Assembly (NCBI GenBank): GCA_032718475.1
Contig: JAUCBJ010008330.1
Span: forward strand, 1 to 64,000
Length of the DNA: 64,000 nucleotides
From: Nemertoderma westbladi
Lineage: Eukaryota > Animalia > Xenacoelomorpha
Direction: 5' to 3'
Positions within the stretch are counted from its first letter, which is position 1. The number at the start of each line of letters is the position of its first letter. Both the position numbers and the translations under genes were made by a program. Positions 37,364-51,400 of the stretch are shown here, in pieces. A model generated the notes under the pieces. The model did no database searches. It was not told the origin of the DNA and worked only from the letters and a program-made list of their open reading frames with translations.

Positions 37364-39160
37364 AGTACTTGGGTATTCCTGTATTCACAATATTCAACTA
37401 CCATATATGAAGATAGGGTACGTTTTGACTAAAATTCTGCATCTGATGTAACGTTTTGACTAGGCCTATCTGCCAAAAGAACCTCCACTATATCTGCCCT
37501 ACATGTAGGCCTACCATATTATTAAATTATTATTTATACTTCAAAAATTTGTGGCACGAAACACATCACACGAAATGGAATTACAATAAAAGCAGGCCAT
37601 TTAAAACCATCTTCAATCAATTAATTCAGCACCTTGGAAAACCTAATAAAAAAAATTATTCAAATTTGTTGAATTGACAAAGGTGGTTCTGAATTAACGA
37701 GACGAGGGTGGACCCAGAGCTATCGGGGTGGTCCCTGAATTAACGAGTGAGGACCCAGAGTTAATAGGGATATTCCCTGGATTAATAAAAAATAATTAAT
37801 ACCAAAACTAATAACAAAAAAAACACCCAAAATATAATACCAGCAAATACAGAAATATACTCATATTAACAAATAACACAAAAATAATTATCTAATAAAA
37901 AATTTAATATTGAACTTTTAAAGCTCTAAAATCATAAAGAAAACCCATGAAGGTGTATTCCAATTACAATTGTTCAACCCCAGTGATTTTAAAATACACC
38001 AGACATGTCAGAGAGCATTGTAAGTATTATTTCCTTTGTGCAAAAATTAATTCTTCTTGATATATTATATGCAAAATTTTCATGCATATTCAAACAATCA
38101 AAAGCGTGAAACTGGTAGTCATACAGCAATTGGATGTCTTTAGTAGGATCGGAAACACTCTAGAGAACATTTAAAATAAACTTCATCATTCCAAAGTGAA
38201 TACTTCTTGAGATATAGCCTTTCAAAAAATTAACCAATCATAGACCACGTAGCAAAACCCGACAATCCAACAGCTATAAAACATCGTCAGTGAGTTAGGG
38301 CATACTCCAGAGAATATTATTAGCTTTCAAACTTCATCCCAAAGTGAAGCAAACTCGAGTTATCGTCGTTCAAATCATTAGCCAATCAGGCGCCGTATCT
38401 GATGACCACGGTATGGGGGTGACTTGGGACCTCAACGCGAGATTCAGAACACCATCCAAAACATATTCGCATAAAATCTTATCACTAATTGTCAAGGCCT
38501 AGGTAAGTTTTCAGCGTTTGAATATTTGAGCCAATCAGGTGCCAGATACAGTGACCACGGTACGCGCGTGACCTGAGACCCCAATGGAAGGTTCAGAGTA
38601 CTGGCCAAAACATTTTCGCATCAAATTGTACTGTAAAATGTTACTGCATATCAGCAAAGTCACCTACCGGTATTTGATCAGCAAAAGATCAGGTCTGACT
38701 GTGTGATTTGGGTCTGATCATATTTTCCTTTGCATGCATAAGAAGCCCTTCAATGGTCACTATCCGCTACATTGATCTAATCCATATCGTCAGATAGCCC
38801 GTGTTGCTGTTATAAGATTTATTTTGATTTGGTGCGATTTGGGTAATTTTAGTTTTTTTGGGGTAAACTATGGTATTAATAACTTCCAGTAAAATCCCAA
38901 CGTTAAGAACATTGCTAGAAACGTCAATCATCTATAGCCTACACACTAAGGGTAACTATCAGCCAGTTACTGTACATGGGCAGATGGGTATACTAAGTAC
39001 AGGAGTACCCAGTACTTGGATATTCCTGTATTGACAATACTCAACTATATGAAGATAGGGTACGTTTTGACTAAAATACGGCATCTGATGTAACGTTTTG
39101 ACTAGGCCTATCTGCCAAAAGAACCTCCACTAAATATGCCATACATGTAGGCCTACCATA
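37364..39160. repeat. ~155-bp direct repeat pair (37364-37518 and ~39011-39160) flanking degenerate repeats
   Basis: Shared GAAGATAGGGTACGTTTTGACTAAAAT..GCATCTGATGTAACGTTTTGACTAGGCCTATCTGCCAAAAGAACCTCCAC. Confidence 0.8.
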
Positions 39161-40345
39161 CCTGCACCGGTGCTCACTACAGACTGTGGAGATAGCTACC
39201 GGCAAGAGGTGCTTGGTATATAGTTTTAGTCAGTAATGGCATACAGCAACTACTGACTTTATGATTTCATCAAGTTCATCAAACCAGGCTGACGACTCAG
39301 CTGTTTAATTAATTGCAGCTGGAGTGGATAAATTATTAATTAATTTGGGGAACTTTACTAATTAGTAAAATCGTTAATTAGTTCGATTCAAAAGATTTTA
39401 GAGTAATTATCATTTGTAAAATAGTAAACCGCTTTGATACACCTTGTGAATAAGGATTTGGGGGACGGGGGGGCAAAGCCCCCCCGCCAATTAGGTAATT
39501 AAGTAATTAGTTAATTACTAATTAACGGTAGGAGATACGGCATCGGCGCCAGAGACTTTTTTGTGTAGAATAAAATTCCGAACAACTTTGTGATGTTACG
39601 TTTTTTCATAGCTCTTAGTGTTTTCGAGTTACGACGCTAATTAGTTTTCGGCTAATTAGTACTAATTAACAGTAATAGGAGGGCCATAGCGATGACTGAA
39701 CTTTTTTTAGATCTTACCGAGATGAACAAAAAAAAACACCGTTGCTAGGGGAAAAACCAAATACTTTTCGAGATAAATCAATTAGAAATCTTTAATCGCT
39801 AATTACTAATTAATTAATTAACAGATTTTTTCCACAAAAACTCCTAGCTATCGCGCTAGGGCCATCTACCAGATCGCGCAAACAGAATCGTTCTAGCTTT
39901 CGCCGTTCTCCTGGAAAAATCCTTTAAAAATCGACCTAAAAAAGATCAAAGCAAAGTGCCTACTTGATAGGTAGGTCTCTAGACTGTATAAATTATGAGG
40001 TTTGAAGTTGGTGTTGATGGTGGGTTCTATGTTCCGTTAAATAGGCTGCAGTATCTATGCCTCATAATTCTCTGTCGAGCCTTTGGCTCTCCGGTTGCAG
40101 CCAGACCATCGAGACATGAATAATATCGAGAGAGAAAAAAGCGTGTTGAAAAATATATCGAGAGTAAAAATAATGAGACTAAAAATAATGAGAGTAAACA
40201 TATCGCGAGTAAAAATATTGTGAGTAAAATCAGCTATAACTTTTGGAATAAAAACACTAGCTTCAATGAACGGTGATTTATTTAAAAAAAATAAAGATTT
40301 TTAAAACTATAGTTTTTGTAAAAACACTTGCTATCACCAATAAAA

Positions 40346-41109
40346 CTAGCTACCAACAATAAAACTAGCCACCAAGGAAAACACTAGCTACCTTCAAATA
40401 CACAAGCTACCAACAATAATACTAGCTACCAAGGAAAACACTAGCTACCTTCAAATACACAAGCTACCAACAATGATACTAGCTACCAAGGAAAACACTA
40501 GCTACCTTCAAATACACTAGCTACCAACAATAATAATAGCTACCAAGGAAAGCCCTAGCTACCTTCAATTACACTAGCCACCAACAATAATACTAGCTAC
40601 CAAGGAAAACCCTAGCTGCCTTCAATTACACTAGCTACCAAGAATAATACTAGCCACCAAGGAAAGCCCTAGCTACCTTCAATTACACTAGCTACCAACA
40701 ATAATACTAGCTACCAAGGAAAACACTAGCTACCTTCAATTACACTAGCTACCAACAATAATACTAACTACCAAGGAAAAGCCTTACCTTCAAATACACT
40801 TAAGCTATCAATAATAATACTAGCCACCAAGGAAAACCCTAGCTACCTTCAAATACACTAGCTACCAACAATAATACTAGCTACCAAGGAAAACCCTAGC
40901 TACCTTCAAATACACTAGCTACCCACAATAATACTAGCTACCAAGGAAAACCCTAGCTACCTTCAAATACACTAGCTACCAACAATAATACTAGCTACCA
41001 AGAAAAGCCCTAGCTACCTTCAAACACACTATCTACCAACAATAATACTAGCTACCAAGGAAAACCCTAGCTACCTTCAATTACACTAGCTACCAAGAAT
41101 AATACTAGC
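40346..41109. repeat. 57-bp tandem satellite (3 x 19-bp subunits starting CTAGCTACC), left part
   Basis: Unit CTAGCTACCAACAATAATA-CTAGCTACCAAGGAAAACC-CTAGCTACCTTCAATTACA; resumes in register at 56994. Confidence 0.95.
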
Positions 41110-42246
41110 TGTTCGCGCTTTCAGACCTTTAGCAGTTTAACCTGCCAAATTAGGATGTCTTCTAGATAATAGATAGTCTTTAGCCTACGACAAATATTTG
41201 ATACACTACATTAGCCGAAACCAGTCCATGCGCGATCATTCACCCGCTGGATATACCCGGGAGACTGGATTCGGAAGCCTAATCGTATTGCGGGATAGAC
41301 CTACTGTATTATTCGACTGATCGTAATATATATAATCTCTGACAATATTATTCACTTTCGGGAAATATTAACAGTTCCTTTAGGACGTGGCGCTCTAAAT
41401 ATATAAACAGAGTTATGACTTAAACCAGACGCAACGGGATGGCTATAGATTCACGTATATGGCGCATTCTTTAGGAGATGCTTCGTTATCAATCACAATC
41501 ATACACAATACTGCACAATGCTGCACACTAATCTGCCGACCTTCACTAATTTTAGTCACATATAAGGAGAACAACAGACAATACGTGTAGGGCCTATAAA
41601 ATAGCATTAGATTCACTTCAAACCACTTAATGTAAGTCGCAATCGTTATATGTATCCGGTCTCTCTAACCTTTAGTATATCAAGAAGATTGGGGTGTCTG
41701 ATTGTTTATCAGTATTCCAAATATAATGTTCCATCAACAAATATAATGAATAGCCGACAGCAAAAGCAGTAATGTTAAGGTATGAATGATTAAGTTATGG
41801 ATAGATAACGGATATACGTTCTATAATTAAGCCTACTAATGTTAAGCTAAAGACTGAAACACGGAGGTTCCACGCCGGTGTTGTAGGCTGTGGAAAAATC
41901 ACATACTGACTCACTTCCCTAGTTTCTATATACCATCTCCAACACAGAGGCAAAAAACGCTCTGATTGGTCGACCGAACAAAGAGAGAACAAAGAACAAA
42001 GAGATGTTCTACGTGGCAATATCAGCTGTTAGCCGTCGTCATGGTATCTACACTGTTTCAAGAGGATCCGGCTTATTGCGTCATAGAATTGCTAATCATG
42101 TCCGCTAAAGTACACATACAGAAGAAATGGCTTTTATGTCCTCTAAAACAACAATACAGTAAGGACACGGCCTTTTATGCCGGTTAAACCAACTACAGAG
42201 TACTTTACGGGGAACATAACCGGCTAATTACGCAAAAGCCTTTACA
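41110..42246 (-). repeat. 3' LTR of copy C
   Basis: Direct repeat of 55857-56993 with about 5 substitutions counted by eye. Confidence 0.97.
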
Positions 42247-42324
42247 CCGCTCCCAGAAAATGCGATTTAAGTCTATAAAATATAACAAATCACAGTTTCT
42301 AAAATATAAAGATACTCTAAACAG

Positions 42325-43846
42325 TTAGTCTTTCTTACGCAGACGGCGTTTACGCAGTTTTTTGAGGCTAGCAAGAGTCCTTTTCTCTTTGGGGGGAGCC
42401 ACTTTACTAGGAGGGCCATAACTCCTGGGTGAAGGGTGCAATATGATTGCATCAGAAGGTGTAGGATTATGGTCGAGGTATCTGCCGTTTCGATATGCTT
42501 CTCCTTGAGCTGATTTTCCTCCGCTCGTAGCTGGATACGTTCATCCAAAAACTCTCGCAGAGAATAAGATCGTCCAAGTTCGATAACTTCTTAGAGATTC
42601 TGGATTTCCCGATCGAACTGAGATATAGTTACTTTGTTTACCGCTTGGACTTGCTAGTGCAATTTACGTTTATCTGAACAAGCGTAAGTTCCTTTTCTGA
42701 TCTTTGTAGAATAGCGTCTAACTCATTTGGTACAACGCTCTCCGCCACTTTGGTGACAGGTTATATCGTGTTAAGCCGGGACAATGGTAAGGGTTAAACA
42801 GCGATATTAAATGTCCGCGTCCCAATCCGGCTAGGTAGGATGGGCTAATATCTAGGAAGCCCACAACCGGGGTGCCACCGACTAATTGTTCAGGTAACAC
42901 TAGATCTTTGAGCAGTGAGTACAGCTCGGGAGGATCCGTCATACTAATAGGATCAAGAGTCTGAGGTCTCACTAGGGAATGAGGAGGTCTGATCGAGTAT
43001 TCCGAAACTCTGATCATTGGTTTATTTAAGGATCGTCTGAGTCGAACGAGCGTAGGTGATACATCGAACAAGTTTCGTTCGAAACTCCCGTAAATATAGC
43101 GAGTAAAACCGTGTTTAAAGCAACATCTCCGCGGATGTTTATGTCTTTCCGTTTGTTTGTTGGGTCTTGGGCATTCATCGCAATAATACCAAAAACGCAC
43201 GTCTTGTAGGGGAAACGCGAGTGATCTTTCTCCAGCTTACAATATTCCTCCATCCGTTCGAAGCTATCCGGTACAACAGGTAGCGATCGATCGGCGGTAA
43301 GATACATCATAGTGGGATAGAGCCGTTTGAGTTCTACCATGCGGTCATGATGTATACCTTGAGGATATCGAGTTTCTAGATTCTGTTGACTGGTAATATC
43401 GAGATAGGTTTCTCTCAAGAATTCCAGGTATTTGGTGAAGTCGCTGCGTTTATCCGGCTCTTCGACATCTTCACTTTCGAGTCGGTTTCGAATAGAATTT
43501 TCGTGTTCGAGTCTCAGTTTATCGTTCCGCTTCGGCTGGGTATGATATTTAAATAAACCATTTCCCTTTTGGTGTCTATATCGTTCGTATTGTGTAGGTC
43601 GATAGGATGACCAGTAGTTAAGAAGTCCATATACGTACCATTACGATGCGTATAGCGAGCGGTGAATTTTCTACAGTCCAACCCACGCGCAAGTTGCTCC
43701 CGGGACATTGGCGGTTAGATATAACGACCATCGTCCTCCGTAGTAGTTGGACCAGCGTCGCCGCGTATCAAGCTATCAACAAACGCTTGCAAAGGTAGAG
43801 TATATCGCTCCCTGATACCAAGATCATCTTCTATCAACTCAATCAT
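42325..43846 (-). pseudogene. Extra ORF3 of copy C, degraded; middle differs from B
   Basis: N-terminal (FTARY..DFLTTGHPIDLH, MVELKRLY..YLTADR) and C-terminal DNA align with B ORF3; ~42500-43130 has no counterpart in B. Confidence 0.75.
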
Positions 43847-45491
43847 ATCTGCTATATAAGTTTATCCATATTATAATGAGTTTATATTTAGGCGAGCGGG
43901 CGTCGCTGCCTACCCCTCTCTGCCCCCGGTCAGTGCGAGATCCTCAGCGCTGGTGTACTTTCGCCGATGTGCCTATCGCCAACGTCGTAGCTGCACAACG
44001 ACTACAACAACCAGCACAAGTCACTCCACCGTCCGTCCCAAAGGCTTAGATATACTTCAGGTTCTTACTGGAGAGTTAGGGCTACTTTCACAATTGCGAC
44101 TCGCTACTGTAAACACACCTTAGTAGTAACATTCACCTACAAACGCACAAATTCCACGTAACTGTCACAAATGGTACACATTCTATCACACATTTGGGTC
44201 ATTTGTCCGTTAGTCAAGTGCCTTCCAGAATGTCACGTTGTTATTATGTATCCTTGGATACTAGCGGTGTGCTATTTATTCCGTATGCTATTCAATGCGC
44301 AAGCCCTTTATTGTTCTTTTAACTCACTTCTAATTCTAGCGTGGTTGTTGCCATGGTGACATTATGGAAAGCTAGCGGTAGAATTAGGGTAATTCTCATG
44401 CATACAGATCTGGGATGCTATTTAATAGTAATTCTTTAATTGTCAATATCCTCTCTATATATGATTTTATGAATTTTATCGGCTATTGACTATATAGTGG
44501 AGATTCTCGCACACAAATACACCCAACAGAGTGAATCTCCGCTCCCATGATCTATTAATTAATGGAATTTTGGGAATATTATAAATTGTATAAAATGACA
44601 ATTTATTAAATTCATTGAAATAATATGAATTTAAATTTATTCCCGTAAATTTTATTATTTAATGTTAAATAGACGTAATTTTATTCCAGAACGTGTCTGG
44701 GGACTGGGATCCTTGATTCTAGGAATTTTGTCTTTTTAAGAGTATCGGTAAGTGCTACGATATCTTAATCGACTAGAATGTTAAAGGATCTAAAATTTGA
44801 CAGATTTTGTAAATATTAATAATTAATATTTAGGATGGGCACCAGTTTATTCCAGAACTTGTCTGGGGACGTAACCACTGATTCTAGAATTTTGTCTTTC
44901 AAGTATATCGGTGGGTGCCGCGATATCTTAATCGACTAGAATTGCAGATGGTCAAAGGGTTTAACAGATTTATTTTGCGTTATACGCTACTGTTAAAGGG
45001 ACATCACGCTACTATATGTATTATTTAATATACGGTATGAGAGCAATATCGCACGAAGCAATGTCAGTGTGAAGAGGCAAGTCGTTTCCAAGGTCTACCC
45101 AGAGCTTGGTTTAGCCGAGACACGAGGATCTGAACTTTGCATTCCTAATACTCTGCCTACCAATAATACTTAAATATAGTAGTGGCTTTATTGTACTTTA
45201 ATAAGTACGGACATTTCATCTTACTGTAGTTACGTATTCGTAATGTAATACGGGCAGTAAGGAAAGAGAAAAAGAATTATTTCTCGCCGTCGCACTAAAT
45301 ATATAATATGTAAGTAATTAAGTAATAAACGCGAATATATATTGCACTAATCTACTAAATAATCGCTAAAATAACATTCTACTAAATAAAATTAAAGAAA
45401 ATGATTATAATAAAATTACATAATAATATATACATAAATATAAAAGAATAAAACAAATACAAATATAGTCATACACCCACTCCAGCCGTTG

Positions 45492-48400
45492 TTAAGTTGG
45501 GGAGTCCCTAGATGTTTGTTGGATTAGGGAGGTGGTCGTGGGAAGAGTATCTTGCCTCCCATAGTTTCCGGAGAGTTCTCTGTCTCTTTCCAGTAAACAT
45601 AAGCGACCAACTGGGCGATTGAGCTGCTGCGTCTCGAAGACAATTCCCAGTTTCTTGAAGTTACGTCGCATGACGACGAGTTCTACCGATCGCACCAAAC
45701 CGTCATCCGAGATGTGAGTCTCGATGATACGACCTGTCTGCCACCGCTTACGTGGAAGATCTACATCCACAATAAGAACCATGTCTCCAGCGCTGACATT
45801 TTCTTGCTGCGCAAACCACTTAGTACGAAGTTGTAGCGTGGGCAGATAATGTTTTTCAAAATGATCAGCGAAACGACGGGATAACAACTGCATGAGTTGC
45901 CAAGTTTGCCGGCATTATTCGTCTCCGTCTGTGATTTCCGATTGTGGGAGCATGGCTACAGGTTTCTTTAGTAGGAAATGCGCGGGTGTTAGCGCTTCCA
46001 GGGAATCGGGACTCGATGAGACTGGCATAAGCGGTCTCTCGTTGAGATAGGCGGCGATTTCCTCCATTAACGTCCGCAAAAGTTCGTCGGTGAGATACGC
46101 GCGGCAAGGCACTATAAAGTGAAATGCTGTCTTCACACTTCTTATTAATCTCTCCCAACTTCCTCCCCACCAAGGGGCGTCGGCGGCGTTGAAGGTCCAG
46201 CTAGACGCTGTTACTCGTAGCTGATCGTCCACCTGTCTTTGGTTCCAATCTTTGACGTAAGCTTTGATTTCATTGTTGGCACCAATGAAGTTTGTTCCCT
46301 TATCAGATCTCATCGTGTTACTAGTGCCAAAGCGAGCGATCTGTCGTCGTAAACTTAATAGAAAGCTGTTGGTAGATAAATCGTTCACCATGTCGAGATG
46401 GATAGCCCTACAAGTCATACAAACAAAGATGACACACCATCTCTTGACTATAGTCCTAGCACGATATACTTCAATAGGGCCAAATAAATCCACACCGGTA
46501 TTAGTAAAGGGTGGTTCATAGAAGCTTACTCGTTCCCTAGGTAATTCTGCCTCTCGCTGTGTTAAAGGCCTACTGAATGCTTTCCTACAGGGTATGCAGT
46601 TCCTAAGAACTTGGTTCAGAGCTCTACGGGGTTTATAAAAATAATAGCGAGTTCGAATTTCGCTAAGAACTCGTTCCCTACCAGCATGATAAAGTTTGCT
46701 GTGAACGTCTACAATCATCTTGACTTGTATTTCAAGATTTCTAATGAGTATGGGAAACTTAGTGTCAAAGGATAGTGGAGCATTCGTTAATCTTCCTCCA
46801 ACACGTATCAACCCATCTATCATTGTGCTAGAGAAACGATCCCTTAAGCGCATCTGTGGATTTCTCAACAACAGGAAATACTTATCGGAATCCTCATAGC
46901 ATTGCAGGAGTCTCGGCATCTGCTTGTTGGTTTCTTCATGCTCCTGATAACTAATCTTCTCCTTCAGAAACCTGTCGGGTATCTTATATTTGGGAAGATC
47001 TTTAATAACATGGACCTGCACTGATGTTATTGGAGCGGTATCACTTTTGGTCTTCATCCCGGAGTAGTGATGGTGAAAACATCTCTTTAAATATGTAACG
47101 GCCTTACAGAGCCGATTCCAGGAACTGTAGTGATGTATCGCTCTCTGCAGAAGAGGTGAGAGTCCTTGCGAGACGTCTGGTATTCCAGATTTCCAATCCT
47201 TCTCACGGATTTCCACAACAAGTTTATTGGTGGCTGTGGGTTTCTGATCCAAAGCGTCGTCTCTGGAAATATGTAGTACAGACAGATCTACCATGGGTTT
47301 GAATAACTTCGATTTACTCGCCCGAGTTTTAGGTTTGACTTTCTCCACTCCCTTGGCCTGTCTAATCTCTGCTGTAGTAAGATGAGGAGGCCATTCTTCT
47401 TCTTCTTTGTAGAGGAAGTCGGGTCCACCTAGCCAGTCTGGAGTATCTACCAGTTCTTGTGGAGTTGCTCCCCTGGAGGCGATGTCTGCTGGATTAATCG
47501 TTCCGGGGCAATGTCTCCGTTGATCCATCGTTGTGCGACTGAGTATAATGGCTACTCTGTTGGTAACGAAGACGCTGAACTGACAGACTTCATTGGTTAT
47601 ATACTCCAACACGAGTAAAGCGTCGGTCCAATAGACAGTTTTCTCCAGGGGATAGTCGATCTGTTCTGTTACATTCCGGCCGATGGCTGTAGCGTATAGA
47701 GCCGCTTTTAACTCCGCTCGAGGAACTTTCAACTTATTGTTTATCAATGCCTTAGAAGTAACCAAGGCGACTTTGATTCCGTCCGGAGTTTCCACCCTTA
47801 GGTAGGCTACTATACCTATTCCCATATCGCTGGCGTCTCCAAATACATGGAGTTGATAGGAATACGTAGGGAGAACATGACCAAAATATGAACGGGAAAT
47901 TATAAAGTTCTCGATGGCTGGTAGAGAATCTTCCCATTTCATCCACTTCTTTAATAATTCTCCCTTAAGTGGATCGTCCCATGAGTGGTTTTCAAGCCAC
48001 ATTTGTTGTACTAAACTCCGAGCAATCAATATAACTGGGCTAATAAATCCCAATGGATCGAAATAAGTGCTCAGGATACTTAAACAAATCCGTTTAGTCC
48101 GAACTGGATTATCTCGCTGTTTTAGTTGGAAAAACAGGATATCTCTTTCGGTGTCCCATTTCAAACCAAGGGTCTTAGTTTCTGGGAGATCATCCTTTAT
48201 TAGATCCAGGTCTTTTGCTCCTCGATCTTCTACCGGGATCGACTCCAGAAACTCACGGGAGTTGCTGGTGAATTTAGTTAATCGAAATCCACCTCTTTTT
48301 AAGCACTCTACCGTTCCTTTAGCGACATCGATGGCTTCTTCGACTGATGGAAGGGACTTTAGATTGTCGTCCATGTATATATCCCGCTTAATGTTGTCAA

Positions 48401-51400
48401 TCACCTCTTTAGAGAAGGCGTCTCGGTTGTCATCCGCAGTGGTGCGCACCACGGAACAGGCGTTTGAAGGGCTCGAGATTATCCCAAAAGCCTGGATGGT
48501 CATCCAGTACTCCACCGGTTTCTGATTGAGGTCTCCTTCAGGCCACCACAGAAATCGTAGGCAGTCTCGATCCCTATCCAGCGCTTTGACTTGTAAGAAC
48601 ATGCCTTCTATATCTGAGGCGAAAGCAATGGAATATTGTCTTAATCTTAAAAGTATTCCCAACAATGATTGGAGTAAGTTGGGTCCGGGTAGCAATTCAG
48701 AATTAAGGGATTGGCCCATATAGAGGGCGGAGCCGTCAAACACCACTCGTACCTCATGTGGTTTACCGGGTTTGGGAACGTAATGGTGAGTTAAATAATA
48801 CGTTCTCTCAGTTATAGGTGTTTCTTCCGGTACTAGCTCCGCATATCCCTTGCTAATAAACTTCTTCAACTGCGTTTGATACATTTCTTTAGCTGAAGAA
48901 TTTGCCGTAAGGCGTCGATGTAGTTGAGCAATTCTTTTCTCCGCCAAGGGTCTGTTGTTTACGAACTTTGGTTCTCGCTTTCGGAAAGGTAGACCGATCT
49001 CATATCTACCTTGATCTTTAAGAAAACGTGTAGTTGTCTCTTGGATCTGCTTGGCTATTTCTTCCTCTACCGATATGGGCCTTATCGTAGGAATTGGGCT
49101 CTACAGCCTCTTGAGTAAAGAATCGTACGGCATGTTCATCCCGAGTCTTGGCATTATATCGTTCAATGACGTCATTAAGTTCGTCGTTATAGTCGTCTCG
49201 TTCTGATGGAAGAAGGAGCTGACATAAGTTCACTTGGTTTTGCCAAGTCTCGTTTTCCTTAAGGAGATCGATGGTATTCTCCTCATCGAAAAGTTGGTGG
49301 ACATCGTCATTATCTGAGGAGTATGGTGTTCCCTCAGTTAGATCATCTAACTCACTGCCCTCGACTTCCCATTCTCTCACTTGACATACCTGGTCTTTCG
49401 GTAATCTTTCCATGAGAGTTCTACGGGAAGGGCCAGTAAAGTACCAACCCACTCTAGTTCTTCCCGCATAAGCTTGTAGTGGTCGCGGTTGAGCGGGCCG
49501 TTTCTCCAATGTCTCGAGCGCTTCATGCGCGTTTTGACCGATGAGTATTTGCACTCCAGGGTAATCGATGTTGAATCTAGGTATTTCCAGCTGCTGGGTG
49601 AAATCGTCCTCATCCCAGTTATAAGGTTCTACTTGAGTGGTAGCGAAGTTCTTTATCGCCACCATTTTTACTGACCTTATGCTATGTTCTCCTAGTTCAT
49701 CCTGGGGGGTGGACAACGCTCCTACATAATAATCCGCGATTACTGTAGATTTCCAAACCTGCATAATTCCTGACATGTTTAGCTTAGTTCGGAACTTGGG
49801 TTGTCCAGCAAAGATGTCTTCGGCTAGTTCTTTGTCGATGAATGTTCCTGTACTACCGGAGTCAAGGAGGGCGTTCACTACATAACTCCTTTTAGGTCCG
49901 TGGACCCTTACCTGTACTACAGGAAATTCTCGGATTCCTACATTGGAAGATGGCGCTTTCCAAGATGGTTGTCGATCAGAAGTAGTTAGGGTGAGGTCGC
50001 TGTCTGTATCTTTTTCATACGTGAGTGCTCGATACACTGCGGTATTTATCATGTAACAGGATTCGTTTTCGTCGGAGAACTCGTCCGTATAGAATCCTTC
50101 CATCTCAGATTGATCAGTGTCGTTCACATCACTGAATTGGACATGTAGTTCGGAATCACTTACCTGACTCGGACTATTTCGCTCGAATTCAGTGTGCAAC
50201 AAGATATGATGTTTCGCACCGCACTTTGCACACCTTGTGTCGGAGTAACAGGTTCGCCGTTGGTGTCCTTGTCTGAGGCAATTATAACACAACCGCTTAT
50301 CCCACATGACTTCCCGTCTCTCCGCTAATGATTTCTTCAGGAATTCATCACACATATTTAAACGGTGAGTCCCGTCACATAGCGCACATTTCGGTTTGAT
50401 GTTACTTACCTTATTTTGAATAACATTGTGCACACTCGTTCTTTCTTCGGGCTTTCTCACCTGAATTATCTTGGGAGACGTAGGAGGAGTTTTTCTTACC
50501 TGTTCTCTCCTGTCATTGGTTCGAGACTTGAATTTACTTACCGGTTCTTTAGGCGTTTTATTGACATAATAAGATCTTTCAGTGTCTTTCCCGCTATCCT
50601 CTCCTTGAGAAGTCTGGCTTTCGCCGTCGTCTGTATAACACACTGGTGTTACCTTTCTCCTAGAGACGGGTTTCTCACTTACCTTGTTTTCCGGTGTCTT
50701 CTCTCTGGACTGCTTTATGAGCTGTAATTTCACTTCGCCATCCAAGAATGACATGAGATCAGCCATGGTAGGGTCTCGTTGTTGTTGTTCCATCATATAT
50801 AACACTTTCTTGTCCCAGCGTGTACCTACTCCACCCTTCGGTAAAGTAGAAGCCACTGCTCTAATAACCATAGCACTCTGATATTCATGAGACTTACCTA
50901 GCCAATCTAATTGTCTGCAGATCTCCTGAATCTCATCGTAAAACTCTATAATCCCGCTGCTAATAAACTTTCGGGGCACTACCAACTTTGCATACAAATA
51001 CCCAGCTATGTTATTCCTATTACCATACCTGATGTTTAGTGTATCCCAAACTTGTCTTAATCCGTCTGGATGTCCAATAAACTTTAACGCCATTAGCTTG
51101 GGAGATCCTTCCAAGCACTCGATGAGGAATCTAAGTTTCTCTCCATTAGATAGTACAGAGTTCTGTATGTTATCTTTGTAATATTCATTAAAAGGTAACC
51201 ATTTCATCTCATCTCCATTGAACTTGACGATCTCTCCCACCTTTACCGCTTGCCGGGCTTCGGTTCTAGCCATTTGACGCGTAAAACTTTCTTGGGCCAT
51301 CGTGTTATTCAATATCGAGTTATCGGTATATAAATTTCTCGGATTATGATCAGGTCTATAGGGAATATCATTATCAACAGGTCTATAATTACCCTTAATA

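Noticed and set aside
40346-41109. CRISPR-like array of CTAGCTACC repeats
   Set aside because: The intervening sequences are three recurring 10-mers, not unique spacers; no cas genes; eukaryotic context.
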